Source: Eledone cirrhosa
Taxonomy: Eukaryota
Reading direction: 5' to 3'
Assembly (NCBI GenBank): GCA_964016885.1
Contig: OZ024749.1
Coordinates: forward strand, 5,704,001 to 5,768,000
DNA length: 64,000 bases
Positions 27,305-39,146 of the stretch are shown here, one piece after another. The position numbers and the translations under genes were made by a program. Positions within the stretch are counted from its first letter, which is position 1; every line of letters starts with the position of its first letter. The notes beneath the pieces are model-generated. The model was not told where the DNA came from. It did not search any database and saw nothing but the letters and a program-made list of their open reading frames with translations.

Positions 27305-27893
27305 GTCAGGTCACCAGTTGGTGCTACTGGTAACATGTATCCCAGTACAACCTGTCTCATGGTCGGGTCGTTGGCGACTAAACTGGCAACCCCACCAAGG
27401 TTTCTTGGTGAGGAGGGTGACTTTGGACATCCTGCAGGACTAAAAACAAAACCTGTCAAAGGGCAAAGGAGCTCTTAAGAGTCAATGGCCATCCAAAATC
27501 ACCGGGAGAGATGACCCCTTAGCTTCTGTCAAGGCAGAATTCTAGGAGAAGGAAAACTCTGATATAACACCTGCAACCCTGATGGTATCTAATGATGTTG
27601 ACTTGTTCTTCTTTTTGGTAAATATCATCTTGGTTAAGAGAGTGGGACTGGCTTTGTGCAGTGCCTTTACTCACTATAAAAGCTTCACGGCACAGGCATT
27701 GCTTTATATCTGGAGATCTCTCTGCACTTGTCGTCACTATGTGTCAATAATTGTCACAAGTGTAGTGTTTGTACCAGAGTTTTCAAGTCGCTGGCTGTAC
27801 TAAAAAGCCACACTCGTTCAGCGCATCGGTGGGGGTTCTCCTACATGGATATAAAGTAGTGGCCGTACTCGAAAACGAGTTGGCAGCCGCCAT
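27305..27893 (+). mobile_element. Bipartite non-autonomous RTE-derived element (longest 5' end)
   Basis: Reverse complement of 5541-6121 with extra 5' bases. Confidence 0.75.
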
Positions 27894-27897
27894 GTAG

Positions 27898-28308
27898 GTG
27901 GGTATGCCTTTGAGGCCTTCTCGAATCGCATACGAGAAAGTAAAGCGGGATGTGAGGAAGAGCGTTGCAGTTGCATTTCCTGGCGGCGAGGGAACTCCTA
28001 TGGTGCTGACTTGCAGCGTCTGTACGAGACTCTGCCTAAGCAAAGCTGGACTCGAAAGTCATCTTCGCAGTCATAAAGTAAGACCAGTGGTTGACTACCA
28101 GGCTGCTGTTGGAGATGCTACTGATCATGCTTGCCAAGCATGTGGTAGAGAATGTAAATCAGCAGGAGGGCTCAAACGTCATGCAAAAGTACATGAACTC
28201 CAAACACAGCCGGCTATTCCCAGTGAATATTTTGGTTGCCGACTCTGTGCAAGACATTTTAGATCATTGGCTGGGCTAAAAAGCCACATTCGATCACAGC
28301 GCAGTTAG
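27898..28308 (+). pseudogene. C-terminal fragment of an RTE-type ORF with three C2H2-like zinc fingers
   Basis: CSVCTRLCLSKAGLESHLRSH, CQACGRECKSAGGLKRHAKVH and CRLCARHFRSLAGLKSHIRSQ. These are SxxGLxxH-type fingers without TGEKP linkers and resemble the finger in the RTE derivatives. Confidence 0.6.
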
Positions 28309-28349
28309 TTGCTATCGTGTGTGTGTGTGTAGATATGTTTATGTGTGTG

Positions 28350-28412
<63 letters not shown>

Positions 28413-28679
28413 ATTGTTGTTGTTGTTGTCATTATTATTGTTGTTATTATTATTGTGGGTTTGACCAGAACCTTCTAGAGGTTTAGAAGTTGTTGAGGGT
28501 TGACATAGTTTCTGAATGGAAGGGCCAGATTGCTTGATGTAATGATAGCTATATTTAGGATGTGTATTCAATATAGGAGATAGTTAGTGAGTGTAGTCAT
28601 ATCATTTGGAGTAAATATGAAGGTTCCAAGTACATGCTGTTTATTTTTAAAGATGGTGGGGTGCAGTGATCTTTTACTT

Positions 28680-28713
<34 letters not shown>

Positions 28714-28954
28714 AGATTTGAATGGATACAGTTTAGTTGAAAGGAATTTATTGACACGTGTTTCTATAACAGTTACATAACCTGAAAACATATATACTCA
28801 TCAGAGAAAATGTACAATAACAATAAAAAAATATATATAGACTCATCAGGAAAAATGTACAATCTAAACTATAATAAAGTAAAGAGTGCGGGACTGCATC
28901 CAGAATATAATTTTTTATCCCGTTTGTAAAATAAGTTGGATTCCTTTGAATAAA

Positions 28955-29137
28955 TAATTGTTTCTACTTTAGGCACAAGGCCACCAATTACCCAGTGCAT
29001 TACTGGTACTTTATTTTATCGACCTCGTAAGGATGAAAGGCAAAGTCAACCTCGGCGGGATTTGAACTCAGACCGTAAAGGGACGTAACTATGCTGGAAA
29101 GCATGGCGTCCGACGCTCTACCGATACTGCCAATCCA
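28955..29137 (-). mobile_element. SINE family A inserted in Helitron B
   Basis: Consensus match; absent from the 48164-48656 copy. Confidence 0.85.
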
Positions 29138-29320
29138 TGAATGAATATTACATAATTTATCTGCTAAATTTCGTAGCTTTTGATTAAATATATTTTATTG
29201 CTTATTTAAAGATTCACTTCCTTAACATTTTCAAATGTCAACACTTCCGGTTAGCGATCGCTTAAATAAACATTCATATTTTTCCCTCACTAATTTTCTC
29301 CTAATGCAGTTTATATATAA

Positions 29321-30039
29321 CTAGCAGAATGGCCCGGCGTTGCTCGGGATTCTAAACATAGATTGGCTTGTTTATCCCTCCTTTCTGAAACAGTACAGAG
29401 AAGTACGGAATACCTCGGCCTGGGGATGGTGTCTACATTTGTGCTTATAAAAAAAATTCGTCGTATATTACCAGGGGTTTAACTTAATTGGGTGCCTGAG
29501 AGTAAAATGTTCAACCCACGAAAGCCAAGACGATAGGGTTAAGTAAAAAGGCATTCGACAAACCGAACATGTAATTGTTGTGCTATGGTACAATGAAAGC
29601 AATAGTTACAGAGCAGTAAGCATGTGGGACTGTAGTGGTGGAGAGCATGAAGGAATTTAGTTGGATATTTTTATGGTTACAGGCCCTAACGCAACCAAAA
29701 TGCTTTTAAAAATCGGTTTTTTGCTTAATGCAGGGTCTGAGGCAAAAAATGAGAAAATCTTTTTGCTCAAAATACTTTAAACGACTTAAGTAATGCAAAA
29801 TTTGAAGAAATCGCCTGGATTATTGTTCAGTTATGCCTCAAATAAGCCTTTAAAGCCTAAAATACGCGGTCTTTCGCCTAATGCGGTCCCTAGGGCATTG
29901 CAAATTTGAAACATGTTTTGCTCAAAACACTCACACGACCATAAGTATTACATGTGTATAGTTTGAAAAAAATCGGTTGGATGGTTCTCGAGTTTTGGGG
30001 TGACAGACAGACAGACATTCTCTGTTTTATATATATAGA
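29321..30039 (-). mobile_element. Non-autonomous Helitron (family A)
   Basis: Minus strand: 5' TCTATATATATAAAAC plus (GTCT)n; 3' cccgagcaacgccggg hairpin then CTAG|T. Confidence 0.8.
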
Positions 30040-30584
30040 CTAGCAGAAAACCAGCCGGGGCGGTTTTCTACTAGTCTATATATCTAAAACAGAGAATGTC
30101 TGTCTGTCTGTCAGCTCACTAAAACTTGAGAACCACCCAACCGATTGTTTTCAAACTTTAGACATGTAATACTTATGGTCCTGTGAGTGTTTTGAGCAAA
30201 ACTTATTTCAAATTGTCAATGCTCTAGGGACCGCATTAGGCGATTTGGCGTTCTCTCAATATAATTCTTAGTCTTTCTTTTTAGATAGATACATAGATAT
30301 AACGTTGCGCCCTTATAATATATGTCTGTATGTCTGGTGTCTGCATTACGTCATTATGACGCGCTCAGTGTGTGTGTGTATATATATATGTATCGTAATG
30401 CAGACAGCAAGACATAGCTTTCCTTCCCCTCTTCCAGCGTCTCTCTCTCTCCCTCCCGCTACCCACTCTTGTAGTCTGTCTCTTTCTTTGACTCTCACTC
30501 TCTCTCTACGCGTCGGACAGACAGACAGAGAAATTGCTGGTTATATATTATAAGGAGATATCGTGTTTTTTAATATATCATGGA

Positions 30585-31095
30585 CTAGCAGTAAAGCCCG
30601 GCGTTGCTCGGGGTCGCTCAGTAGCTGTGTTAAAGTTACAATGTTAAGTTTCTTTTTTGGCTTAAAAACTGTAGTGTCTACTGTGCAGACTTGCATGTGG
30701 TGTTTTTGATTAATATTCCCTCAACCAACAATATGCCTTATGAAGTTAAGAAAACATAACGATAACCCGAATGTTATAACAAAAGAGGATGCTGGGGATA
30801 AAAACTGCACTGGTTATTTATAAAGACTGAGAAAGCCAGCGTAATTTTTTACGTAAGACGCTCAATGTAAACAGAACAAAGGGAAATAACTGATAACTTA
30901 CGCTCAAAAATCGATACATTATATTCGATTTCGTCACATAGGGTGGGTCAATTTGAAATATTTTTTTCCGATGTCTTCGCTAGGGCTCAATGTACAAGTA
31001 TAACAATTTCGGTGCAATTCCGTGAGAGATTCTAAGAGGAGATGTGTGCCAAAGATCGATAGACAGACAGACAACCACAGTTTTATATATATAGA
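30585..31095 (-). mobile_element. Non-autonomous Helitron (family A2)
   Basis: Same terminal motifs as 29321-30039 (A|TCTATATATATAAAAC...cccgagcaacgccgggc..CTAG|T) with a different interior. Confidence 0.8.
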
Positions 31096-31334
31096 TTACG
31101 TTACTGATTACATAAGACAGTGTAACGCAGTCTTCGTTCAATTTCTGTGTATATCGTCAATTACGGTGGTATTTGATGTATCATATCTACATGCACGTAT
31201 ATTTGCGTATAATATCAATATACACACTACACATGCTAGCAGAAAACCACCCGAAAGGTGGTTTTTCTGCTAGTAACAATAAAAATTAATGGGAACTTTC
31301 ACTGATTTGATTATAACTCATCTACAGTCATACT

Positions 31335-31530
31335 TCAGCCAGAATTCTCACCCTATTCTGTTCAAACCGACCATAACTGGCCACTCATACTGATATTAAA
31401 GTATTGTTCTCAAAATATACAACATCAAAGTCCATCAATTCGATATTACGCGAGACAATTATGTGAGATAAAACCTTTACGACCAAAATACAATAGTAAA
31501 TATAGAGTAATGTAAATACTAAAGCGTTAA
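31335..31530. mobile_element. piggyBac-type MITE (partial)
   Basis: Body homologous to the TTAA MITE family. Confidence 0.6.
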
Positions 31531-31770
31531 AGATTTTCGCAATCATATTAACAGCAGAACTCATTTCAATGTATTACATATCATCGATCTTTATTTGCCG
31601 AACTATTGCGTTATGGGAAAAAAAGCAAGATCACACACACTCGCATATACATAATCGATGTAAATTTTAAAATAATATATTTATACAGATGTGCAATTAT
31701 TATCATCAAGAAAGTCTCCATTGCGTGAATCACTTTTTTTTTTCTTGAATAACATCGGTTAGTACAGTGA

Positions 31771-32062
<292 letters not shown>

Positions 32063-32095
32063 ATATGTGTATAAATATATATATACATGTGAATA

Positions 32096-32155
<60 letters not shown>

Positions 32156-32299
32156 AGGGTGAGGGAGAGAGGAGGGTATGTATAAACTTCTTAATGTAAA
32201 AGATAATTGCCATTGTGCAGCTGAAATTTAACCAGAGTCTTTTGTCTTCAAAAAAATATAATTTAGATTTTTATTGTGTTCTATAGTTTTAGTTTAATA

Positions 32300-33288
32300 T
32301 ATTGCATGGTAGATGTTGTTGATGTTGTTGTTGTTGTATTTGTTGGTGTCATTGTTGTTGTTGTTGATGTATTTGTCATGGTAGATGTTGTTGATGTTGT
32401 TGTTGTTGTATTTGTTGTTGTTGTTGTTGTTGTTGTTGATGTATTTGTCATGGTAGATGTTGTTGATGTTGTTGTTGTTGTATTTGTTGGTGTTGTTGTT
32501 GATGTTAGTGTCATGGTAGATGTTGTTGTTGTTGTTGATGTTGTTGATGCATTTGTCATGGTAGATGTTGTTGTTGTTGTTGTTGTTGTTGATGCATTTG
32601 TCATGGTAGATGTTGTTGATGATGATGATGTTGTATTTGTTGTTGTTGTTGATGTTAGTATCATGGTAGATGTTGTTGTTGTTGTTGTATTTGTTATTGT
32701 TGTTGTTGATGTTGTTGTCATTGTATTTGTTGTTGTTGTTGTTGATGTATTTGTTATTGTTGTTGTTGATGTTGTTGTCATTGTATTTGTTGTTGTTGTT
32801 GTTGTTGTATTTGTTATTGTTGTTGTTGATGTTGTTGTCATTGTATTTGTTGTTGTTGTTGTTGATGTATTTGTTATTGTTGTTGTTGTTGATGTTGTTG
32901 TCATTGTTGTTGTTGTTGATGTATTGTCATGGTAGATGTTGTTGATGTTGTTGTTGATGTATTTGTCATGGTAGATGTTGTTGATGATGATGATGTTGTT
33001 TTTGTTGTTGTTGTTGATGTTAGTGTCATGGTAGATGTTGTTGTTGTTGTTGTTGATGTATTTGTCATGGTAGATGTTGTTGTTGTTGTTGTATTTGTTA
33101 TTGTTGTTGTTGATGTTGTTGTCATTGTTGTTGTTGTTGATGTATTGTCATGGTAGATGTTGTTGATGTTGTATTTGTCATTGTATTTGTTGTTGTTGTT
33201 GTTGATGTATTTGTTATTGTTGTTGTTGTTGATATTGATGTTGCTGTATTTGTCATTGTAGATGTTGTTGATTTTGTTGTTGATGTAT

Positions 33289-33319
<31 letters not shown>

Positions 33320-33444
33320 ATGTCATTGTAGATGTTGTTGTTGTTGATGCATTTGTCATGTTAGATGTTGTTGTTGTTGTTGTTGTTGTAGTATTTGTCG
33401 TTGTAGATGTTGTTGATATTGCTTCTACAGTTGCTCATCTTTTT

Positions 33445-33488
<44 letters not shown>

Positions 33489-33542
33489 GGTTGTAGTATT
33501 AATGGTATTAGTAGTAGGAGAGTAGTAGTAGTGGTGGTGATG

Positions 33543-33584
<42 letters not shown>

Positions 33585-34875
33585 ATAGTAGTAGTAGTTG
33601 TAGTAGTAGTAGTAGTAATAGTAGTAGTAGTTGTAGTAGTAGTAATAGTAGTAATAGTAATAGTAGTAATAGTGGTAGTAGTAGTAGTAGTAACAGTAGT
33701 AGTAGTAGTAATAGTAGTAATAGTTGTAGTAGTAGTAGTAGTAGTAGTACTACTACTAGTAGTAGTAGTGGTAGTAATTGTTGTTGTAGCTGCTTTTGTT
33801 GATGTATCTATTGTTCTAAATGCTGCTAGTGTTGTTGTTGTTGTAATTCCATTGATCGATATTTACGTTCACAATTTGCATATGTGTGTGTTTGTGTGTG
33901 TGTCTGTGTGCGTGTCTGTCTGTGTGTGTGTCTGTTTGTGTGTGTCTGTGTCTGTATGTGTGTATGTGTGTGTCTCTGTGTGTGTGTCTGTCTCTGTGTG
34001 TGTCTCTGTCTCAGTGTGTGTGTCTGTGTCTGTCTCTGTGTGTGCCTCTGTCTCTGTGTGTGTATGTATATGTGTGTGTGTGTCTGAGTGTGTGTGTGTG
34101 TCTGCGTGTGTCAGTGTGTATGGTGGTGGTGGTTGTTGTTGTGGTTGTTGTTGGTGGTGTTGTTGTTGTGGTGGTGGTTGGTGTTGTTGTTGTTGTGGTG
34201 GTGGTTGTTGTGGTTGGTGTTGTTGCTGTTGTTGTTGTTGTGGTGGTGGTTGTTGTGGTTGGTGTTGTTGTTGCTGTTGTTGTTGTGGTTGTTGTTGTGG
34301 TGGTTGGTGTTGCTGTTGTTGTTGTTGTGGTTGTGGTTGGTGTTGTTGTTGTTGTGGTGGTTGTTGTTGTGGTTGGTGTTGTTGTTGTTGTTGTTGTTGT
34401 TGTGGTGGTTGGTGTTGCTGTTGTTGTTGTGGTTGTTGTTGTGGTTGTTGTCGTTGTTGTTGTGGTTGGTGGTGTTGTTGTGGTTGTTGGTGTTGTTGTT
34501 GTGGTGGTGGTTGTTGTTGTTGTTGTGGTGGTTGGTGTTGTTGTTGTGGCTGGTGTTGTTGCTGTTGTTGTTGTGGTTGCTGTTGTTGTTGTGGTGGTGG
34601 TTGTTGTTGTTTTGGTGGTTGTTGTTGTTGCTGTTGTTGTTGTGGTTGGTGTTGTTGTTGTGGTGGTGGTTGTTGTTGTTGTGGTGGGTGGTGTTGTTGT
34701 TGTTGTTGCTGTTGTTGTTGTGGTTGGTGTTGTTGTTGTGGTGGTGGTTGTTGTTGTTGTGGTGGTTGTTGTTGTTGTGGTGGTTGGTGTTGTTGTTGTT
34801 GTTGCTGTTGTTGTTGTGGTTGGTGTTGTTGTTGTGGTGGTGGTTGTTGTTGTTGTGGTGGTTGTTGTTGTTGTT
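32300..34875. repeat. Compound microsatellite field: (GTT)n, (GTA)n, (GT/CT)n, (GGT/GTT)n
   Basis: Direct inspection; explains the poly-V/T/C/L ORFs. Confidence 0.95.
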
Positions 34876-34927
34876 AAAGAAGAATACACGGCTAACTTCA
34901 ACAATAACAACAACAACAATAATAATA

Positions 34928-35098
34928 ATGTTTTCTACTTTAGGCACAAGGCCATCAATTACCCAGTGTATTACTGGTACTTTATTTTATCGACCCCGTA
35001 AGGATGGAAGGCAAAGATAACCTCAGCGGGATTTGAACTTAGACCATAAAGGACCGTAACTCCATGCTGCAAAGCACGGCGTCCGACCCTCTACCGAT
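34928..35098 (-). mobile_element. SINE family A
   Basis: Consensus match. Confidence 0.8.
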
Positions 35099-35112
35099 AA
35101 TAATAAAAATAT

Positions 35113-35143
<31 letters not shown>

Positions 35144-35161
35144 AAGAAGAAGAAGAAGAAG

Positions 35162-35238
<77 letters not shown>

Positions 35239-35657
35239 AAACAACACTAAGAACAACAACAATAATAATTATGTGTGACTAACATAAATACAATGTTTGT
35301 CTTGTGGTTGTTATTGTTAAAGTAGAAGAATACATAGCTAGCTTCATTAATAACAACAACAACAACAACAACAACAAAAACAATAACAACCACAACAACA
35401 ATAACATCCACAACAACAACAACAACAATAACAGCAATAATAAAAGTAATGCTAATAACAATGAGTATACCATAAAATATATGAGAAGCACTTTAATCAT
35501 TAGAGACTTAGAGAAAAGAGACAACTAAGTACTGGCAGCCATGGTGACACTAACAACTTATATTGTCCACATGTATTGCTATAAAGATGTGTATTTAAAA
35601 GACTTCTTTTTGTTTTAGAATTAGTAGAAAACAGAAACATGCTTTGTTGCTCTTAAA

Positions 35658-35729
<72 letters not shown>

Positions 35730-35962
35730 TATTAATATATACATATAAATATGTATATACATATATATATAAATATATATATATATAAATATATATATAT
35801 ATAAATATATAAATATATATAATAATATATATGCAAAAGTTTTATTTAAAATTGTTGGGTTACAACGAATAAATATTTTATAACTGATATAAAGCACTCA
35901 ACAAGTTTTGGAGTAGATATACGATATTAAACAAAGGGAAACTATATTTATAAAACCATATT

Positions 35963-36028
35963 TATTTCATTATACATATTTCAGGGATACCATATTAAAA
36001 ATATGGCATGCCTTCTTCAGATAAAATA
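35963..36028 (-). ncRNA. Type I hammerhead ribozyme (family H)
   Basis: Exact reverse complement of 36181-36246. Confidence 0.8.
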
Positions 36029-36180
36029 CAATATATAAGCAGTTTTATAAATAAATTTGACGTACCATAAATATTGAACAACTTCCATTTAAGAGGTTGG
36101 TTTGCAAACCAACCTCTTAAATGGAAGTTGTTCAATATTTATGGTACGTCAAATTTATTTATAAAACTGCTTATATATTG

Positions 36181-36246
36181 TATTTTATCTGAAGAAGGCA
36201 TGCCATATTTTTAATATGGTATCCCTGAAATATGTATAATGAAATA
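36181..36246 (+). ncRNA. Type I hammerhead ribozyme (family H), intact core
   Basis: tattttat CTGAAGA aggcatgccatatt ttt aatatggtatccct GAAA tatgta TA atgaaata. Stem I is 8 bp, stem II ~13 bp, stem III short and near-palindromic, with an AUA cleavage triplet. Confidence 0.85.
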
Positions 36247-36622
36247 AATATGGTTTTATAAATATAGTTTCCATTTGTTTAATATCGTATAATAATATAT
36301 ATATATATATAAATAAATACATATATAAATATATATACATATATAAATATATATATATATATAAATATATAAATATATATAAAAATATATATATAAATAT
36401 ATAAATATATATAATAATATATATATATATATATAAATAAATACATATATAAATATATATATATATATATATAAATATATATAATAATATATATGCAAAA
36501 GTTTTATTTAAATTGTTGGGATACAACAAGCAAATATTTTTATAACTGATATAAAGCACTCGACAAATATTTGGAGTAGATATACGATATTAATAAATGG
36601 AAACTATATTTATAAAACCATA

Positions 36623-36679
36623 TTTATTTCATTATATATATTTCAAGTTACATTATGGTATACCTTCATCAGACAAAAA
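36623..36679 (-). ncRNA. Hammerhead family H with stem II partly deleted
   Basis: Minus strand reads ttttgt CTGATGA aggtataccataatgtaactt GAAA tatata TA atgaaata. Confidence 0.5.
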
Positions 36680-36720
36680 AGGGGTACGTCAATGTCTATT
36701 TATAAAACTGTTATATATTG

Positions 36721-36784
36721 TATTTTGTCTGATGAAGGCATACCATAATGTAACTTGGTATCCTTGAAATATATATAATGAAAT
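36721..36784 (+). ncRNA. Type I hammerhead ribozyme (family H), intact core
   Basis: tattttgt CTGATGA aggcatacca taatgtaact tggtatcctt GAAA tatata TA atgaaata. Confidence 0.8.
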
Positions 36785-36863
36785 AAATATGGTTTTATAA
36801 ATATAGTTTCCATTTATTAATATTGTATAATAATATATATATATAAATAAATACATAGGTAAA

Positions 36864-36895
<32 letters not shown>

Positions 36896-37025
36896 AATAC
36901 ATATATAAATATATAATTATACATATAAATTTATATATATATATATATAAGTTATAAGAATCAAAGTTCTGATCAAATCATTTATATATATATATATGAT
37001 TTGATCAGAACTTTGATTCTTATAA

Positions 37026-37092
<67 letters not shown>

Positions 37093-37405
37093 GTATATGT
37101 ATAATTATATATTTATATATGTATTTATAACTTATATATAACTGCTCTGTAAAACATCTGATGTTATTACATTGAGCTATTTAACTTAGTGGTAATAAGG
37201 TAGTAATATATTACTGCCTATCACTATTTAGGGTTTGTAAAAATATATATAACTACAAAAGGTTTTTGTATTTGCATAACCATAAATAGTATCCTTAATA
37301 CTATGTATATATATATAAATATATATAAATAAATATATAAGTTTATAAATATACATATAAATTTATATATATATATATATAAATATAATATATATATATA
37401 TATAT

Positions 37406-37473
<68 letters not shown>

Positions 37474-37908
37474 AGTGAGAGAGAGAGAGGGAGAGACATA
37501 CAGACAGAGAGACAGAGAGAGAGAGTGAGAGAGAGAGGGAGAGAGAGAGGGGGGTTAGAAATAGCCCAGAAAATATATTTTAGGGTCTGTTTTTCTTTTT
37601 TCTTCCTTTCCTTTCTTTGATCCGTCAAAGTGACATTATGGAAAAGATGACATTATTGGAAAAATGAGAGGGACAATTCTTTTAAAAAAGAATTTTATAA
37701 CGTATATATATATATATATAATATATATATATAATATATATCTATATATATATATATATATATACATATATTTATATATATATATATATATTATATATAT
37801 ATATTATATATATATATATATACATTATAAAATTCTTTTTTAAAAGAATTGTCCCTCTCATTTTTCCAATAATGTCATCTTTTCCACAATGTCACTTTGA
37901 CGGATCAA

Positions 37909-37941
<33 letters not shown>

Positions 37942-37947
37942 TTTGTG

Positions 37948-37985
<38 letters not shown>

Positions 37986-38199
37986 CAAAACAAATTAATT
38001 TGTGTGTTTATATATATATATTATACTTTTGAGCAGCTATATATATAGCTGCTCAAAAGTATAATATAAATGTGCCCATTTAAGCAGATAATATTTTAGT
38101 TATACACTGCAGCAGAGAGGTACATTTTTTGTATATGAATATATATATATTATATTTCATTATATTAATAAATGGAAACTATATTTATAAAACCATAAA

Positions 38200-38264
38200 T
38201 ATTTTATTATATATATTTCAAGGGCAACCAAGGCAATTTTGATGTGCTTTCATCAGATAAAATG
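38200..38264 (-). ncRNA. Type I hammerhead ribozyme (family H, diverged stem II)
   Basis: Minus strand reads attttat CTGATGA aagcacatcaa..ttggttgccctt GAAA tatata TA ataaaat. Confidence 0.65.
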
Positions 38265-38579
38265 CATAATATGTTTTCTAAATGTTGACATACCCATAGA
38301 AAAACAACCTTGACGGTTGAAGGTTCGCTATCCCAACAAATTAAATATAACTTCATGTATGTTTACTTATTTTGTGTCACCCATTTTTTTTTTGTTTAAC
38401 TTCATAGAATTAGCAGTGTTTTTAGAGTAGACCTGGGCTCATTTTTGAGCAGGGGGCTACATAGGATGTGTCTCATCATAAGGTAGGCTGCACTACTAAC
38501 AAGATTCAAGGAAATTTTGAAATTTAGGTGTGCCATTCTGTTGGCTAAATGAGCCACAGTTTACTCATGACTGTGTTAG

Positions 38580-39146
38580 AGCATAAATACCCAGTCCACA
38601 CTGTAAAGCGGTCATGTAAGTGCCATGACAAAAAGCACCCAGCCCACACTCTAAATGTGGTTGCATAGATGTTATGGCAAAAAAGTGCCCAGTCCACATT
38701 GTAAAGTATTTGTGTAGGTGCCACGACAAAAAGTCCCCAGCCCACACTGTAAAGTGGTCGTGTAGGTGTCACAACAAAAAGCGCTCAGCCCACACTGTAA
38801 AGTGGTCATGCAGGTGCCATGACAAAAAGTACCCAGCCCACACTGTAAAGTGGTCATGTAGGTGTCACAACAAAAAGCGCTCAGCCCACACTGTAAAGAA
38901 GTCATGTAGGTGTAACAACAAAAAGCGCTCAGCCCACACTGTAAAGTGGTCATGCAGGTGTCACAACAAAAAGCACCCAGCACACCATGTAAATGTGGTT
39001 GGTGTTAAGAAGGGCATCCAGTTGTAGAAACCAAGCTGAAATCAGCCCTCTGTGAATGAAACACTGTCCTCTGACCTGATCTCTCCCAAAGGGACAGCCT
39101 GTCATACCCATGCTAGTGTGGAAAATGGATGTTAAACGATGATGAT
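38580..39146 (+). repeat. SINE family B 3' part with internal ~48-bp tandem amplification (~8 units)
   Basis: The unit cagcccacactgtaaagtggtcatgtaggtgtcacaacaaaaagc runs into ttaagaagggcatccagttgtagaaacc and the tail catgctag..ggatgttaaacgatgatgat. Confidence 0.75.

Larger units (their letters stand above)
28863..31273 (+). mobile_element. Helitron family B copy carrying a nested SINE and nested Helitrons
   Basis: 5' A|TCTAAACTATAATAAA; 3' hairpin gcagaaaaccacc..ggtggtttttctgCTAG|T. Its flanking parts are the reverse complement of the uninterrupted copy at 48164-48656. Confidence 0.7.
35790..36600. repeat. Large fold-back inverted repeat centred at ~36105
   Basis: Centre aagaggttggtttgcaaaccaacctctt. 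Arms are essentially perfect over ~35927-36284. A further inverted or duplicated relationship links 35790-35930 with 36460-36600. Confidence 0.85.

Noticed and set aside
27305-27400. Canonical HDV-like ribozyme
   Set aside because: P4- and J4/2-like parts are present, but I could not build consistent P1 and P3 helices. It is kept only as a structured-leader candidate.
32276-35020. Poly-Val, Cys/Gly-rich (keratin-associated-like) and poly-Thr ORFs
   Set aside because: These are translations of GTT/GTA/GGT microsatellites.
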